Of a stretch of DNA of 64,000 nucleotides, positions 54,149-63,301 are shown one piece after another. The notes under the pieces are model-generated. The model saw nothing but the letters and a program-made list of their open reading frames with translations, did no database searches and had not been told where the DNA came from. Within the stretch, counting starts at the first letter, position 1, and the number at the start of each line of letters is the position of its first letter. The DNA is taken from the NCBI GenBank assembly GCA_045862955.1, contig BTVI01000001.1:94740-158739 (forward strand), given 5' to 3'. The stretch comes from Fimbriimonadales bacterium (GTDB lineage: Bacteria; Armatimonadota; Fimbriimonadia; Fimbriimonadales; JABRVX01). A program made the position numbers and the translations under genes.

Positions 54149-55177
54149 CTAGCGGCTCGCGAGCAGCTCGTTCAGCTTGCGCATCACCTCGAAGGCGTCT
54201 GCGACGTACAGCACATCGGCTTTGCCCTGCGCCCAGCCGCAGTTCGGATCGAGGTTGACGGCTCGCCGTTCTGTAATGAAGCGCCAGCCCACCACGTGCG
54301 GCTCCTCGCCATGGCAGCATGTAGCGAGACCTTTCGGGTGCCGCGGAGACGAGCCGGTCTGGCCCACCTGGTTGAGGTGCGTGAGCAACGAAAGCACTTG
54401 ACCCCCCTCGCCCGTCTGCTCCACCAGCGATTTGCTGCTGCCTAGCGATGCACCGCTTCTCTGCAGAAAGGTCCTAATCAGCTCCTCGGCTTCCGAGGCA
54501 TGGACTCGACCGTCGGCCTGCTTCTTGGTCCAGCCGGCGCCCGCGACGAAAAGCAGGTCGGCATCGGGGCGGATCGTCTGCTCGCCGACGCTCGCGGCTT
54601 CGGTGCCCTGCACCTGCGTACGGTCCCATGCGGGTTGGGCAGGCACTTCCACTCGCTCCAGCTGCACGTTGGCAGGCGAGCCTGCCCACGCGGGTGCGAT
54701 GCCGGCTTCGAGCTGCAGAATCCAGGGCCGGTCGCTTCGCGTGAACTCGGCGACGATTCGCTGACGGTAGAACCATCGCTGCGCCATTGGTCGGCCATCG
54801 GCCACGGTCAGGCCCGTGATGCGGGTGTCCACACGTCCGCCGATGCGGACAGCGGCTCCGGGCAGCGCCCTGGCCCATCGCGAGGAGGCATGAGCAAGGA
54901 CGATCTGGGCACCGGACTCGCGAATGAGGGCTTCGGCAGCGGCTGCGTCGGAGGCGTAGCGCGGCTGCGCAACCGCGGGGCCTTCCACGGAGAGGAAGCG
55001 GACGGCGCCGCAGCCGCCAATCTGCTGGGCGGCGTCTTCCGTCTGCCCGCCGAGCAGCCCAACGGTGAGAGGCGAGCCGGCCTCGGCAGACAGCGCGAGC
55101 GCCGTGCTCAGCCCTTCTCGCGCGCTCTTCGGCGTAGAGCCGTCTTCTCCGGTGTGCAGCAAGTAAAGGATTGCCAT
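54149..55177 (-). CDS. electron transfer flavoprotein alpha-subunit-like protein (divergent C-terminal FAD-motif region)
   Basis: Overall ETF-alpha layout. NQVGQTGSSPRHPKGLATCCHGEEPHVVGW..VNLDPN..GKADVLYVADAFEVM aligns with canonical QVGQTGK.V.P.LYIA.GISGAIQH.AGM..IVAIN.D..AD.G.VGD. Confidence 0.65.
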   Translation of the reverse strand: MAILYLLHTGEDGSTPKSAREGLSTALALSAEAGSPLTVGLLGGQTEDAAQQIGGCGAVRFLSVEGPAVAQPRYASDAAAAEALIRESGAQIVLAHASSRWARALPGAAVRIGGRVDTRITGLTVADGRPMAQRWFYRQRIVAEFTRSDRPWILQLEAGIAPAWAGSPANVQLERVEVPAQPAWDRTQVQGTEAASVGEQTIRPDADLLFVAGAGWTKKQADGRVHASEAEELIRTFLQRSGASLGSSKSLVEQTGEGGQVLSLLTHLNQVGQTGSSPRHPKGLATCCHGEEPHVVGWRFITERRAVNLDPNCGWAQGKADVLYVADAFEVMRKLNELLASR

Positions 55178-55223
55178 GCGTACTTCCTATCGTCCTTTCT
55201 ACACTACTCGTTAGGCCCGGGCG

Positions 55224-56036
55224 TCACGACCCGCGGAGCCATTCCGCCAGCTCCCGCGCGATCTCGTCGGCAGGAATATCTTTCACGATTCGAGTGTCAC
55301 GGCGTTGCTTAGGCGTTTCGACCCGACCGAACGCCGCGTCTCTGCCGCTAACGCCGACGGCCTTCGCCTTCTGCAGAGCCGGCATGATGGCGCGCATGTT
55401 AGTCATCCCCACCTGCGGGTTGTTGGGAGGTTCGGGGAGGTTGCCGGTCGCCCAGGCCAGCACTGCCGGCGGGCCGGCACAGTGCGACACTTGGTACCGG
55501 CCGCCTTCGATTCGTTCCTTCACCCTGAACGACCCGTCGGGCATCGGGGCCAGCTCGTCGACTCCCGCGAACTGGTCGAGGATGCCGAGGTGCTCACCTA
55601 CCATGTGCAGGGTGACGCCGGCATCGCGTGAAGCCGAGGACCAACCGCCGAAGAGGAGCAGGCGCGACCGCTCTAACCCTTCGATCTGCTGGATGGCGTC
55701 TGCAAGAGCGATGGCTGTTTCGTGCGCATCGGTGAAACCGCCTGCGGGCCCATCGAGCGCAACCAACTCGAACGGTGCCTTCTGCGCTACGGTCATCATC
55801 AGCTGCTGGAGCTTGGCCTTCGGTCCGAGGCTCACCAGCCACACTCGGCTCTCGGGCGTTTTGGCGGCGAGGTATGCGGCCTCGTAGAGCGCGTGCGCTG
55901 CCCACGGATCCAGCACCGAGGGCAGCATGGCTTCGTTCTTCAGGCCCGGACCGCTCGGGGTCTCGACCGGCTCTAGGGTCTGAAGCGGGTCGGGCACCAA
56001 GCCTCCGCACACTACGATATGAAAACCAACGCCCAT
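55224..56036 (-). CDS. electron transfer flavoprotein beta-subunit-like protein
   Basis: N-terminal FHIVVCGGLVPDPLQ, ~270 aa, positioned immediately upstream of the alpha-like gene. AGGAG SD. Confidence 0.6.
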   Translation of the reverse strand: MGVGFHIVVCGGLVPDPLQTLEPVETPSGPGLKNEAMLPSVLDPWAAHALYEAAYLAAKTPESRVWLVSLGPKAKLQQLMMTVAQKAPFELVALDGPAGGFTDAHETAIALADAIQQIEGLERSRLLLFGGWSSASRDAGVTLHMVGEHLGILDQFAGVDELAPMPDGSFRVKERIEGGRYQVSHCAGPPAVLAWATGNLPEPPNNPQVGMTNMRAIMPALQKAKAVGVSGRDAAFGRVETPKQRRDTRIVKDIPADEIARELAEWLRGS

Positions 56037-56070
56037 GGAGAGCTCCTATGCAAATGGCTTATACAGATTT

Positions 56071-57906
56071 CTAGTTCTCTGCGGAGTGCAGGCCTCCTGC
56101 CGCCGCGCGCAGCCGGACGTTGCCCCGGGTGCCGTCAGGTAGCTCCTGCGGACAGCTCCACACGCAGGCCCCGCAGTGCACGCACTTCTCGCGGTCGAAG
56201 GCAGGCACACCATCCTCTCCTGGGGTGAGCGCCTGACCCGAGCAGATCTCCACGCATAGCTGCACACCGCACTGCGTGCACAGCTCGGGGTACACGAACG
56301 CGATGTGGTCGGCGTAACCCGGCGCGCCCTGCACCTTGCCGCCGAGCAACAACGCGTCCTGATGCGACACGAGCAATCGGCCGTCGTACTCGATGTCCGG
56401 CCACCCGGCTCTTCGCATCAGCGCATCGTGAAGGGCGTTGCCTGCGGCTGCCGACTCCCGCTTGGCCTCCTCGATCTCGCTATGCGAAAGGCGACCCTCG
56501 TAATACTGCTCGAGCGTGGTGCGAGGCTTTCGCTTACCGGGCCAAGCAAGCCGGCCGCCCGTGTATGCCGCCAACCCCATGCCGATAAGGCCGCGGAGGA
56601 AGCCCCGAGTGAACCCGTGTCGCGCGCGTCTCGCCACTCGGCCCTCTCGCTCCAGCCAGCTGCTCCGCCTTCGGGCTAGGTAGGTGGCTTCGAGGTTTTC
56701 GCGCGTGAAGGGCTTGCCCTGGCGCAGCAGGTCTAACACCGCTTCGGCGAGTTGAGCCCCGGTGGTCCAGGCCTCGTCGACACCCGAGCCCGTGAGCGCA
56801 TTAGTGCTCCCCGAGCCTTCGCCAATCCGCGCAAAGCCGTCACCGACGACCGCCGGCTGCGCGGCGAGTCCGCTCTCGTTCAACGACTTCGCCCCCCACG
56901 AGCGGAGCTTCGCTCCCTGCAAGTGGCGCCACAGATAGGGGTGCTGCATCCAGTGCTGCAGATAGCGGTAGGCGGCACGAACGGGGCTATCAAGGAAGGA
57001 GGGCACGAAGATGCCTAGCGACGCGATCTTGTCCGGGTGAACATACAGAAAGCCGAAGATCTCGGGCTCGGGGTAACCGAAGGTGTGCAGAACGGTGCCG
57101 GGCTCGAGCGCGGTGCCCTCGGGCAGGTCCACCACGAACTTCATTCCCACGGCCCAGTGTTCTGCCTTATCGTCACTCTCGTTGGGGAAATCGTGAGCCA
57201 GCTGCCGCCCGACCGCACCGACGGGTCCGTCACCTACGACCGTTAGATTGGCCCGCACCTCCATGCCGGGAAGGAAGGACGGCGTTGGTGAGCCATCCGG
57301 CTCCAGCCCCTGGTCGGCTAAGCGGATGCCGATGACGCGCCCGTCTTCGCGCAGAGCTTCGGCCACCGGGCTCGCCGGCCAGAGTTGGACGGTGCCGGTA
57401 GCCATCACACGAGACGCGACCCACTGGTTGAACTGGCCGATGGTCAGGACGAGGCCGCCGTGCTTCTGCAGGAAGGGAGGGATATAGGGCAGCTCCACCG
57501 CCCAGTGCTTCGTCAGCGGCCGGCTAAGCGCATCCAGCAGCTTGGCACCGAGAGATCGGCGGCTGGCGCCGAAGGGATCGTGAAGGTACACCAGCCTCTC
57601 TTCCGTGACCGGATGCGCCATCGGGATGTCGGCGGGATCGAGGTCGGGCATTACCTCGCGGATGCCGCGTGCCCGGGTCACGACGCCCGAGACGCCAAAG
57701 GCCAGATCGCCCGCCCGTTCGAAGCAGAGCACCTGTGGCGGCAGTCCAGGCATTACCGCACTCTGAAGCGTTGGGTCTTCGGCAAGGGCACGACTAAGGA
57801 CGGTGAGGAACCCGCCCATAGCTGGACCGAAGCCCACGCAGGCGATGTCCGCCTCGATGGTCTGCCGCGGGACGTCCGGGATCGAATCGAGGGTTCCGTC
57901 AGTCAC
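56071..57906 (-). CDS. ETF:quinone oxidoreductase / FixC-like flavoprotein fused to a FixX-like 4Fe-4S ferredoxin domain
   Basis: N-terminal FAD fold ADIACVGFGPAMGG. C-terminal CTQCGVQLCVEICSGQ..DREKCVHCGACVWSCPQ. GTG start. Confidence 0.65.
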   Translation of the reverse strand: MTDGTLDSIPDVPRQTIEADIACVGFGPAMGGFLTVLSRALAEDPTLQSAVMPGLPPQVLCFERAGDLAFGVSGVVTRARGIREVMPDLDPADIPMAHPVTEERLVYLHDPFGASRRSLGAKLLDALSRPLTKHWAVELPYIPPFLQKHGGLVLTIGQFNQWVASRVMATGTVQLWPASPVAEALREDGRVIGIRLADQGLEPDGSPTPSFLPGMEVRANLTVVGDGPVGAVGRQLAHDFPNESDDKAEHWAVGMKFVVDLPEGTALEPGTVLHTFGYPEPEIFGFLYVHPDKIASLGIFVPSFLDSPVRAAYRYLQHWMQHPYLWRHLQGAKLRSWGAKSLNESGLAAQPAVVGDGFARIGEGSGSTNALTGSGVDEAWTTGAQLAEAVLDLLRQGKPFTRENLEATYLARRRSSWLEREGRVARRARHGFTRGFLRGLIGMGLAAYTGGRLAWPGKRKPRTTLEQYYEGRLSHSEIEEAKRESAAAGNALHDALMRRAGWPDIEYDGRLLVSHQDALLLGGKVQGAPGYADHIAFVYPELCTQCGVQLCVEICSGQALTPGEDGVPAFDREKCVHCGACVWSCPQELPDGTRGNVRLRAAAGGLHSAEN

Positions 57907-57936
57907 AGCGTCACCAGATTAGGTCCCCCGTTGCCC

Positions 57937-57993
57937 CCGACCCCCTCCCAGACCCTCCCCCTTCCGCTTCGCTCCAAGGGGAGGGGGGTGCCG
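57937..57993. repeat. GC-rich ~57-bp hairpin repeat, intergenic copy (between the ACAD and ETF-QO genes)
   Basis: CCGACCCCCTCCCAGACCCTCCCCCTTCCGCTTCGCTCCAAGGGGAGGGGGGTGCCG. The arms CCCTCCCCCTT / AAGGGGAGGGG can pair with a 1-nt bulge. Confidence 0.7.
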
Positions 57994-58099
57994 AAGCGTC
58001 GGTCTTGCTCTGAAAGTGCACTGTGTTGGTAGGGCCTATCCGATGCCTCCATCGCAAGCAGCGGCATGAGGAGCCTTGGCAGCGATGTGCGCTTGGGAA

Positions 58100-60337
58100 T
58101 CACTGCGGGTAGTCCAGTGCTTCGGGGATCATCACGTGGGTGAGAGCCTCGGCGGCACGGTCCTTGGCCAGTCGCGCGCCCGTCAAGCAGCCGTCCAGAC
58201 GCGCCCGCAGCCGAGCGAAGCTCTCGTAGCCGCTGAACCCGACGCACGGGCCGGCCTTGTCCGCGTGCAGACCGGATTCGTCGATCGTGTCGCCCTCCAC
58301 CAAGGCACTCGCCCCCATGCCGGGTATCAGGCTCTCCAGCGCGATAACGTCCGGGGCCGAATAGCAGGCATCGGGCTGGCCGTCCCAGGCCGGGTGCCGA
58401 TTGTAGCCGTAGATCAGCTCGGAGCAGATGCGGCCCACTTCTCCGGCTGCGCGCGCGGCCTGTACGTGCGCCAGGTCTGTGAAGAACTGCACGTATGCAT
58501 CCAGGGCATCGCGAGGCATTGCGGATTCCCCGTTCTCTTCCAGCGCCAGCACATCCGAGATGAGGCACTTGGCTGCGAGCAGCCAGCAAAGGGCGTCCGC
58601 CATCGGAAAGGCCACCCCTTGCCTGCGGCTGTGGAACAGCGCTTCGCCGTTGGCGTCCTTCGCCTCGCGCAGGTGCCGCAGCGTGAAGAGCCACAAGTCG
58701 AAGGCAGAGGCAAGCGTGCAGGCTCCGGTGCCTGGTCGTTTTCCGGCGACAGCTCTCAGCTCTCTGATCCACAGTCGGACCTGCTCGAGGAAAACTTCGT
58801 TCACCATGGTGACCGAAAGCTGGCGGCGCTGTACCGCCTCTGGGCCTTCATAGGTCGCTTCGAGCTGGGCATCCATCCACTTGTGCCCGAGGAAGCCAGG
58901 GCAGTCTTCGGTGATGCCGTAACCGCCCATCAGGCTCACGGCCTCGCGCATCATGCTTGCGCCATGCCCGGTGTTCCACAGCTTGCATGCGGGGCAGAGC
59001 ACTTGTGACAGGGAGTCCAGAACGACGTACTGAACCAACGGATCAGCCTTCAGTTCGGCATGTCTGGCACCGCGCCGCGCGGGCGGGAGGGCATCCATGC
59101 GCAAGAAGTCGATCGCGTCTGGCGTGAGCCTCTGGAACTCGCGCAGTTGCGCGCGCCCCCCTTTGATGCCCTTCTCTTGGAAGATGCGATCCTTCTCCTT
59201 CTCCAGTGGGTCGAACTCGTCGAAGAGGCGTGCCGCAGCGAATCCGAGCGACGCGCTGGCCTCGCCTGTAGCCCACACGTCCACCAGGCGGTGTAGGGCG
59301 TCTTCGTTTTGCTGCAGACCCTGCTCGTAGCGTGGCGTTCCAGGTGTGGCGGCGGTTCCACCACGGAACCGACTGCGCTGGTATCGGATCACCGGCTCGA
59401 TGGCTGAGAGGAGTTTCGCCGCGGTCATTAGTCCGACCGTGACTCGGGTGCGGCGGAACACCGCCTCAATGATCGCGGAGTGGTTGTAGTTGGGGACGAT
59501 GACCCCGTCCTGCACCGTGTAGCCGCCGACGATACGCGAGGCAGGAACGCGAAGGCTAAGCACGGGATCGCGTGTAGACGAGAGCTGGTGCACCAGCTTG
59601 CGGGTAGGGACGCCTCGGTCGAACGTTCCTGGGTCGTCCTCGTGCAGGATGACGACGAAGCTGCCTTTGATCCGCTCGTCGGTGGAGGTGACGGCCGCCG
59701 TCACGAAGTTGGCAAATGCCATGTTCGTGATGAAGCGACCGCGCTTGTCGATCTGCAGGATAGGCTCGCCGTCCTCCGGCCACTCGGCGATGCGCGCTGC
59801 CCCGGAAAGCACGTTGGTGTCCACACCGACGTAGGGGAGCGGCTCGGTCAAGGCGAACGCGCCGCGCCACTGCTCCCTATTCTCGCCGGGCTGTGGCGGG
59901 ACGCAATGCGAGAGGTACAGTGCGCGCTGTTCGGGGGTGCCGCGCTCGTGAATGGGTGAGAGCGCTAGATTGCCCGCGAGGCTGCACGTCGCCGCGCCGG
60001 CATCCACCCATGCCAGCTCGAAAGCGATGAGGGCGAGAGCGAGGTTCTTCGGACCTTCGATATAGCCGCCTTGCTCCGGGTCCATGAAGGCCGTAGTGAT
60101 GCCTGCAGCATCGAATTCAGCGAGCAGAGAGTGCTTGGTGTCCGTCCATTCGTGGGTGTTGCGACCACCTTCGGCAACGACTCGTGCGACGGGTCCTCGG
60201 GCCACCCCTCGCGCGGACTGCACGAGCATCTGCAGGTCGTACCGATCCGCGAAACGCCACATGACCTGCCGGACTTCGTCGCCGGGAAGCGCGGGCAGCT
60301 TCGTCACTGCGTTAGGGGCTTGGGCGTGAGTTTCCAT
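58100..60337 (-). CDS. large (745 aa) acyl-CoA dehydrogenase family protein
   Basis: ACAD-like GAFALTEP.., KRGRFITNMAFANF.., and a long C-terminal helical extension. Start set at ATG 60337 (METHAQAPNAV...); the upstream 96 codons of the track ORF are Ser/Arg/Pro-rich and run into the divergent promoter region. Confidence 0.7.
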   Translation of the reverse strand: METHAQAPNAVTKLPALPGDEVRQVMWRFADRYDLQMLVQSARGVARGPVARVVAEGGRNTHEWTDTKHSLLAEFDAAGITTAFMDPEQGGYIEGPKNLALALIAFELAWVDAGAATCSLAGNLALSPIHERGTPEQRALYLSHCVPPQPGENREQWRGAFALTEPLPYVGVDTNVLSGAARIAEWPEDGEPILQIDKRGRFITNMAFANFVTAAVTSTDERIKGSFVVILHEDDPGTFDRGVPTRKLVHQLSSTRDPVLSLRVPASRIVGGYTVQDGVIVPNYNHSAIIEAVFRRTRVTVGLMTAAKLLSAIEPVIRYQRSRFRGGTAATPGTPRYEQGLQQNEDALHRLVDVWATGEASASLGFAAARLFDEFDPLEKEKDRIFQEKGIKGGRAQLREFQRLTPDAIDFLRMDALPPARRGARHAELKADPLVQYVVLDSLSQVLCPACKLWNTGHGASMMREAVSLMGGYGITEDCPGFLGHKWMDAQLEATYEGPEAVQRRQLSVTMVNEVFLEQVRLWIRELRAVAGKRPGTGACTLASAFDLWLFTLRHLREAKDANGEALFHSRRQGVAFPMADALCWLLAAKCLISDVLALEENGESAMPRDALDAYVQFFTDLAHVQAARAAGEVGRICSELIYGYNRHPAWDGQPDACYSAPDVIALESLIPGMGASALVEGDTIDESGLHADKAGPCVGFSGYESFARLRARLDGCLTGARLAKDRAAEALTHVMIPEALDYPQ

Positions 60338-60527
60338 CTGAGACAGGTCCTTTCGCACGCACAATTCGCCGCGAGGCCCGTCGGCTCCTTTCGCCGATGG
60401 GTCCTTCGCAACGGGGTACGAGCCACATCGTACTCCCCTTAGGACCGACCTTGGGAGGTCCGACGGAGCGAGCGTGGAACTCCGATGATGGAGTGCGGGA
60501 GACGATAGGCAGAGGGAGGTCCTTGCC

Positions 60528-62420
60528 TTGAGATCGTTCGAGGCGCGAAGCGACAAGCCGGGGCGGTGGTGCCGCGCAACGTGTGCGGTGCTGCTGCTCG
60601 GCGCGTCGGCACTCGCGCTCGCCAAGTCCTACGACCACCCGCTGATCGAGCAGACGTTCCACCTGCTGCCGAACGGGGACGCCGAGGTCACCGATATCCG
60701 CACTTACCGTTTCAGTGGCTCCTTCTCGTGGGCAGACTTGCGGCTGCAGACCACGGGGCAGTACGGCTCTTACGGCATCGAGTACCAGGGCGCGAAGGAC
60801 GCCGACACGGGGGAGGTGCTGCCCTCGGAGCAGTTCTCGGAAGGTGAAGAGCAGGTCCTTAAGTGGAGCTACAGGGCTCAGGACGAGACCAAGCGCTTCG
60901 AACTTCGCTACCGAATCACGGGGGCCGTCCAGCGGTACCACGATGCCGCTCACTTCTACTGGAAGGCCATCGAGGACAAGCACGCGCCCATCGAGACGGT
61001 GCGCATTCGGATCGTCCCGCCCAAGCCGAGCCCAACTCTGTTCAAGGTGTTCGTACACAGCCTCGCGGACCCTGGGAAGCTCACGATTGCCGACGACTTC
61101 AGCCAGGCGGACGTGGAGCAGTCGCGTATACCCGAGAGCAGCTTCGTTGAGCTGCGAGTGTTTCTCGATCCGGCCATCTTTCCGAACGCCGGAGTGCTAT
61201 CCGGCCAGACCTACGAATCGCTCTTGGAGGACGAGCGGCAGAACTTCGAGCGCGTGAGCGCCGATTATGCTGCGCTGCGGCTCAGGCAGAAGCTGGATAA
61301 AGGTCTCTGGGCGCTTGCCGGCCTGCTGTTCGTGGCTCAGATGGGAGCGCTCATATGGGCGTATCGCGAGCATGGGCGCGAGCCGCGGATCGCCTACGAC
61401 GCCGTCTACGAGCGAGAGCCTCCTAGAGAGATACCTCCCGCCGTGGTGCCCGCCATTCTGCCTCAGGTAGGTTACGACAGATCGGCCATGGGCAACGCCT
61501 TTGCAGCCACGCTCCTGGAGGCGGCGAGGCTGGGTTACCTGGAAATCAGGGAGGTCGAGGATTCGGGCCTTCTCGGCCTCGGGCTTTTCAAGGGTACGGA
61601 CCTGGTGTACTCGCTGACCGACAAGGGCAGAGCTTTGCTTGCGGGCCGCCCTGTGGACCTGAAGCGTAAGGAGCGGCCGCTGCAACCCTTCGAAGTGGAT
61701 GTTCTTCGTGTCGCATTCGTCGAGGCGGGCTCGGGCGATACCGTAACCAGCGACATGATCGAGAAGTGGGGCAAGGAGATGGTGGGGCAGAAGAGCCGGT
61801 TCCTAATCTTCATCGAGAGTTGGGGGCCGGAGCTTCGGACGTGGTTCGAACGAACTTACTTTCCGTTGGACGATCAGGTGAGTGCGCGATGGAAGACCAT
61901 GCTCACGGTGACGAGCTTCTTGATACCACTACCCCTGCTCTTCACCACTCCGCCCGTGGGATGGGTGGTCGGCTTCCTCGCAGCCGGGATGTGTGTGCTC
62001 ATCGCGCAGGCATCGCTCGGCAGGCGCACCCCGGAGGCCGCACTGGAGTATCACCGGTGGCAGGCGTTCAAGCGGATGATGACCGACTTCACCGCGCTGA
62101 AGAGCGCCGGTCCGGAGTACCTGCCACTCTGGGAGCTGTACCTGGTATATGCAACGGCCCTCGGGGTCGCGGACAAGCTGCTCGACAACCTGAAGATGGT
62201 AGCGAAGGAGTTCCAGCAGGACCTACCGGCCGCCGTGTGGTTCCACAGCCGAAGCGGGGTGCCGGGTCAGATGAACCTCGCGTCGCTCAATGCGCTGTCA
62301 TCCTCTATGTCGAACTTCAACAGCATGGCGAAAGCCCTCTCGAGTAGTACGTCGTCGGGAGGTGGATTCAGCGGCGGCGGAGGTGGTGGAGGAGGCGGGG
62401 GAAGTAGCAGTGCGGGTTAG
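60528..62420 (+). CDS. DUF2207-family membrane protein (Gly-rich C-terminus)
   Basis: TTG start 8 nt after GGGAGG. N-terminal signal/anchor, extracytoplasmic beta-rich domain (VTDIRTYRFSGSFSWADL), several TM helices and a tail SGGGFSGGGGGGGGGGSSSAG typical of DUF2207. Confidence 0.7.
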   Translation: MRSFEARSDKPGRWCRATCAVLLLGASALALAKSYDHPLIEQTFHLLPNGDAEVTDIRTYRFSGSFSWADLRLQTTGQYGSYGIEYQGAKDADTGEVLPSEQFSEGEEQVLKWSYRAQDETKRFELRYRITGAVQRYHDAAHFYWKAIEDKHAPIETVRIRIVPPKPSPTLFKVFVHSLADPGKLTIADDFSQADVEQSRIPESSFVELRVFLDPAIFPNAGVLSGQTYESLLEDERQNFERVSADYAALRLRQKLDKGLWALAGLLFVAQMGALIWAYREHGREPRIAYDAVYEREPPREIPPAVVPAILPQVGYDRSAMGNAFAATLLEAARLGYLEIREVEDSGLLGLGLFKGTDLVYSLTDKGRALLAGRPVDLKRKERPLQPFEVDVLRVAFVEAGSGDTVTSDMIEKWGKEMVGQKSRFLIFIESWGPELRTWFERTYFPLDDQVSARWKTMLTVTSFLIPLPLLFTTPPVGWVVGFLAAGMCVLIAQASLGRRTPEAALEYHRWQAFKRMMTDFTALKSAGPEYLPLWELYLVYATALGVADKLLDNLKMVAKEFQQDLPAAVWFHSRSGVPGQMNLASLNALSSSMSNFNSMAKALSSSTSSGGGFSGGGGGGGGGGSSSAG

Positions 62421-62465
62421 TGCCACTGGTCGGGTTTCGGAGAGAAGGAAGGAGATAGTCGGAAT

Positions 62466-63026
62466 ATGGTCTGGGTGTTAGCAATAATCATTCTGGCAGT
62501 CCTGATTGTGGCTGCCTGGCTCGTGGGCTCGTACAACCGCCTCGTTACGCAGCGAAACCGCTGCCACAACGCGATGGCGCAGATCGACGTGCAGTTGAAG
62601 CGACGACACGACCTGATCCCCAACCTAGTGGAGACGGTTAAGGGCTACGCCACGCACGAGAAGGAGGCCTTCGAGAAAGTGAGCGAGTATCGCGCGAAGG
62701 CCATGTCGGCGGGCACGGTGGGGGAGAAGTCGCAGACGGAGAACATGCTGACGCAGGCTCTTCGCTCGGTGTTCGCCATCGCCGAAGCCTATCCAGAGCT
62801 GAAGGCGAACCAGAATTTTCTGCAGTTGCAGGACGAGCTGAGCGATACAGAGAGCAAGATCGGCTATGCACGGCAGATCTACAACGACAGCGTGATGCTG
62901 TATGAGAACGCGCGCCAAACGTTCCCGACCGTGTTGCTCGCACAGATGTTCGGCTTCGGCAAGGAGGAGTATTTCGAGCTGGATGCCACACCGGAGCAGC
63001 GCGAGGCACCGCAGGTGAGGTTCTGA
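62466..63026 (+). CDS. lemA: LemA family protein
   Basis: N-terminal TM helix, then YNRLVTQRNRCHNAMAQIDVQLKRRHDLIPNLVETVKGYATHEKE and AYPELKANQNFLQLQDEL. Confidence 0.88.
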   Translation: MVWVLAIIILAVLIVAAWLVGSYNRLVTQRNRCHNAMAQIDVQLKRRHDLIPNLVETVKGYATHEKEAFEKVSEYRAKAMSAGTVGEKSQTENMLTQALRSVFAIAEAYPELKANQNFLQLQDELSDTESKIGYARQIYNDSVMLYENARQTFPTVLLAQMFGFGKEEYFELDATPEQREAPQVRF

Positions 63027-63096
63027 AGGGCACACTCGAGTGCCTAGGTGGTAGTGTTGTTGGGTGAGATATCGGAGCTAGACAGGTCCCGGTCCG

Positions 63097-63279
63097 TCAG
63101 GCTGAGCGCGTCGAAGTATGACCGTGCCTACCGCGCGTGGACGCCTTCCGATACCACGCTGGCCCCATGCGCCGTCATGCTGAGCGCGTCGAAGTATGAC
63201 CGTGCCTACCGCGCGTGGACGCCTTCCGATACCACGCTGGCCCCATGCGCCGTCATGCTGAGCGCGTCGAAGTATGACA
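63097..63279. repeat. 78-bp tandem repeat, 2.3 copies
   Basis: The unit GTCA(G/T)GCTGAGCGCGTCGAAGTATGAC + 51 bp starts at 63097, 63175 and 63253 (last copy is 27 bp only). Copies are identical except for one base. The 27-mer is related to the arms of the 42.6-kb palindromic elements. Confidence 0.85.
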
Positions 63280-63301
63280 GACCGAGAAGGAGTAGAAGAA
63301 C

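Noticed and set aside
60338-60625. Upstream 96 codons of ORF 58100..60625 (extended ACAD)
   Set aside because: It is low-complexity Ser/Arg/Pro sequence that runs across the divergent intergenic region and into the DUF2207 gene start. The ACAD homology begins after ATG 60337.
63097-63279. Possible mini-CRISPR (27-bp repeat, 51-bp spacer)
   Set aside because: The two spacers are identical to each other, so this is a plain 78-bp tandem duplication. There are no cas genes or leader.
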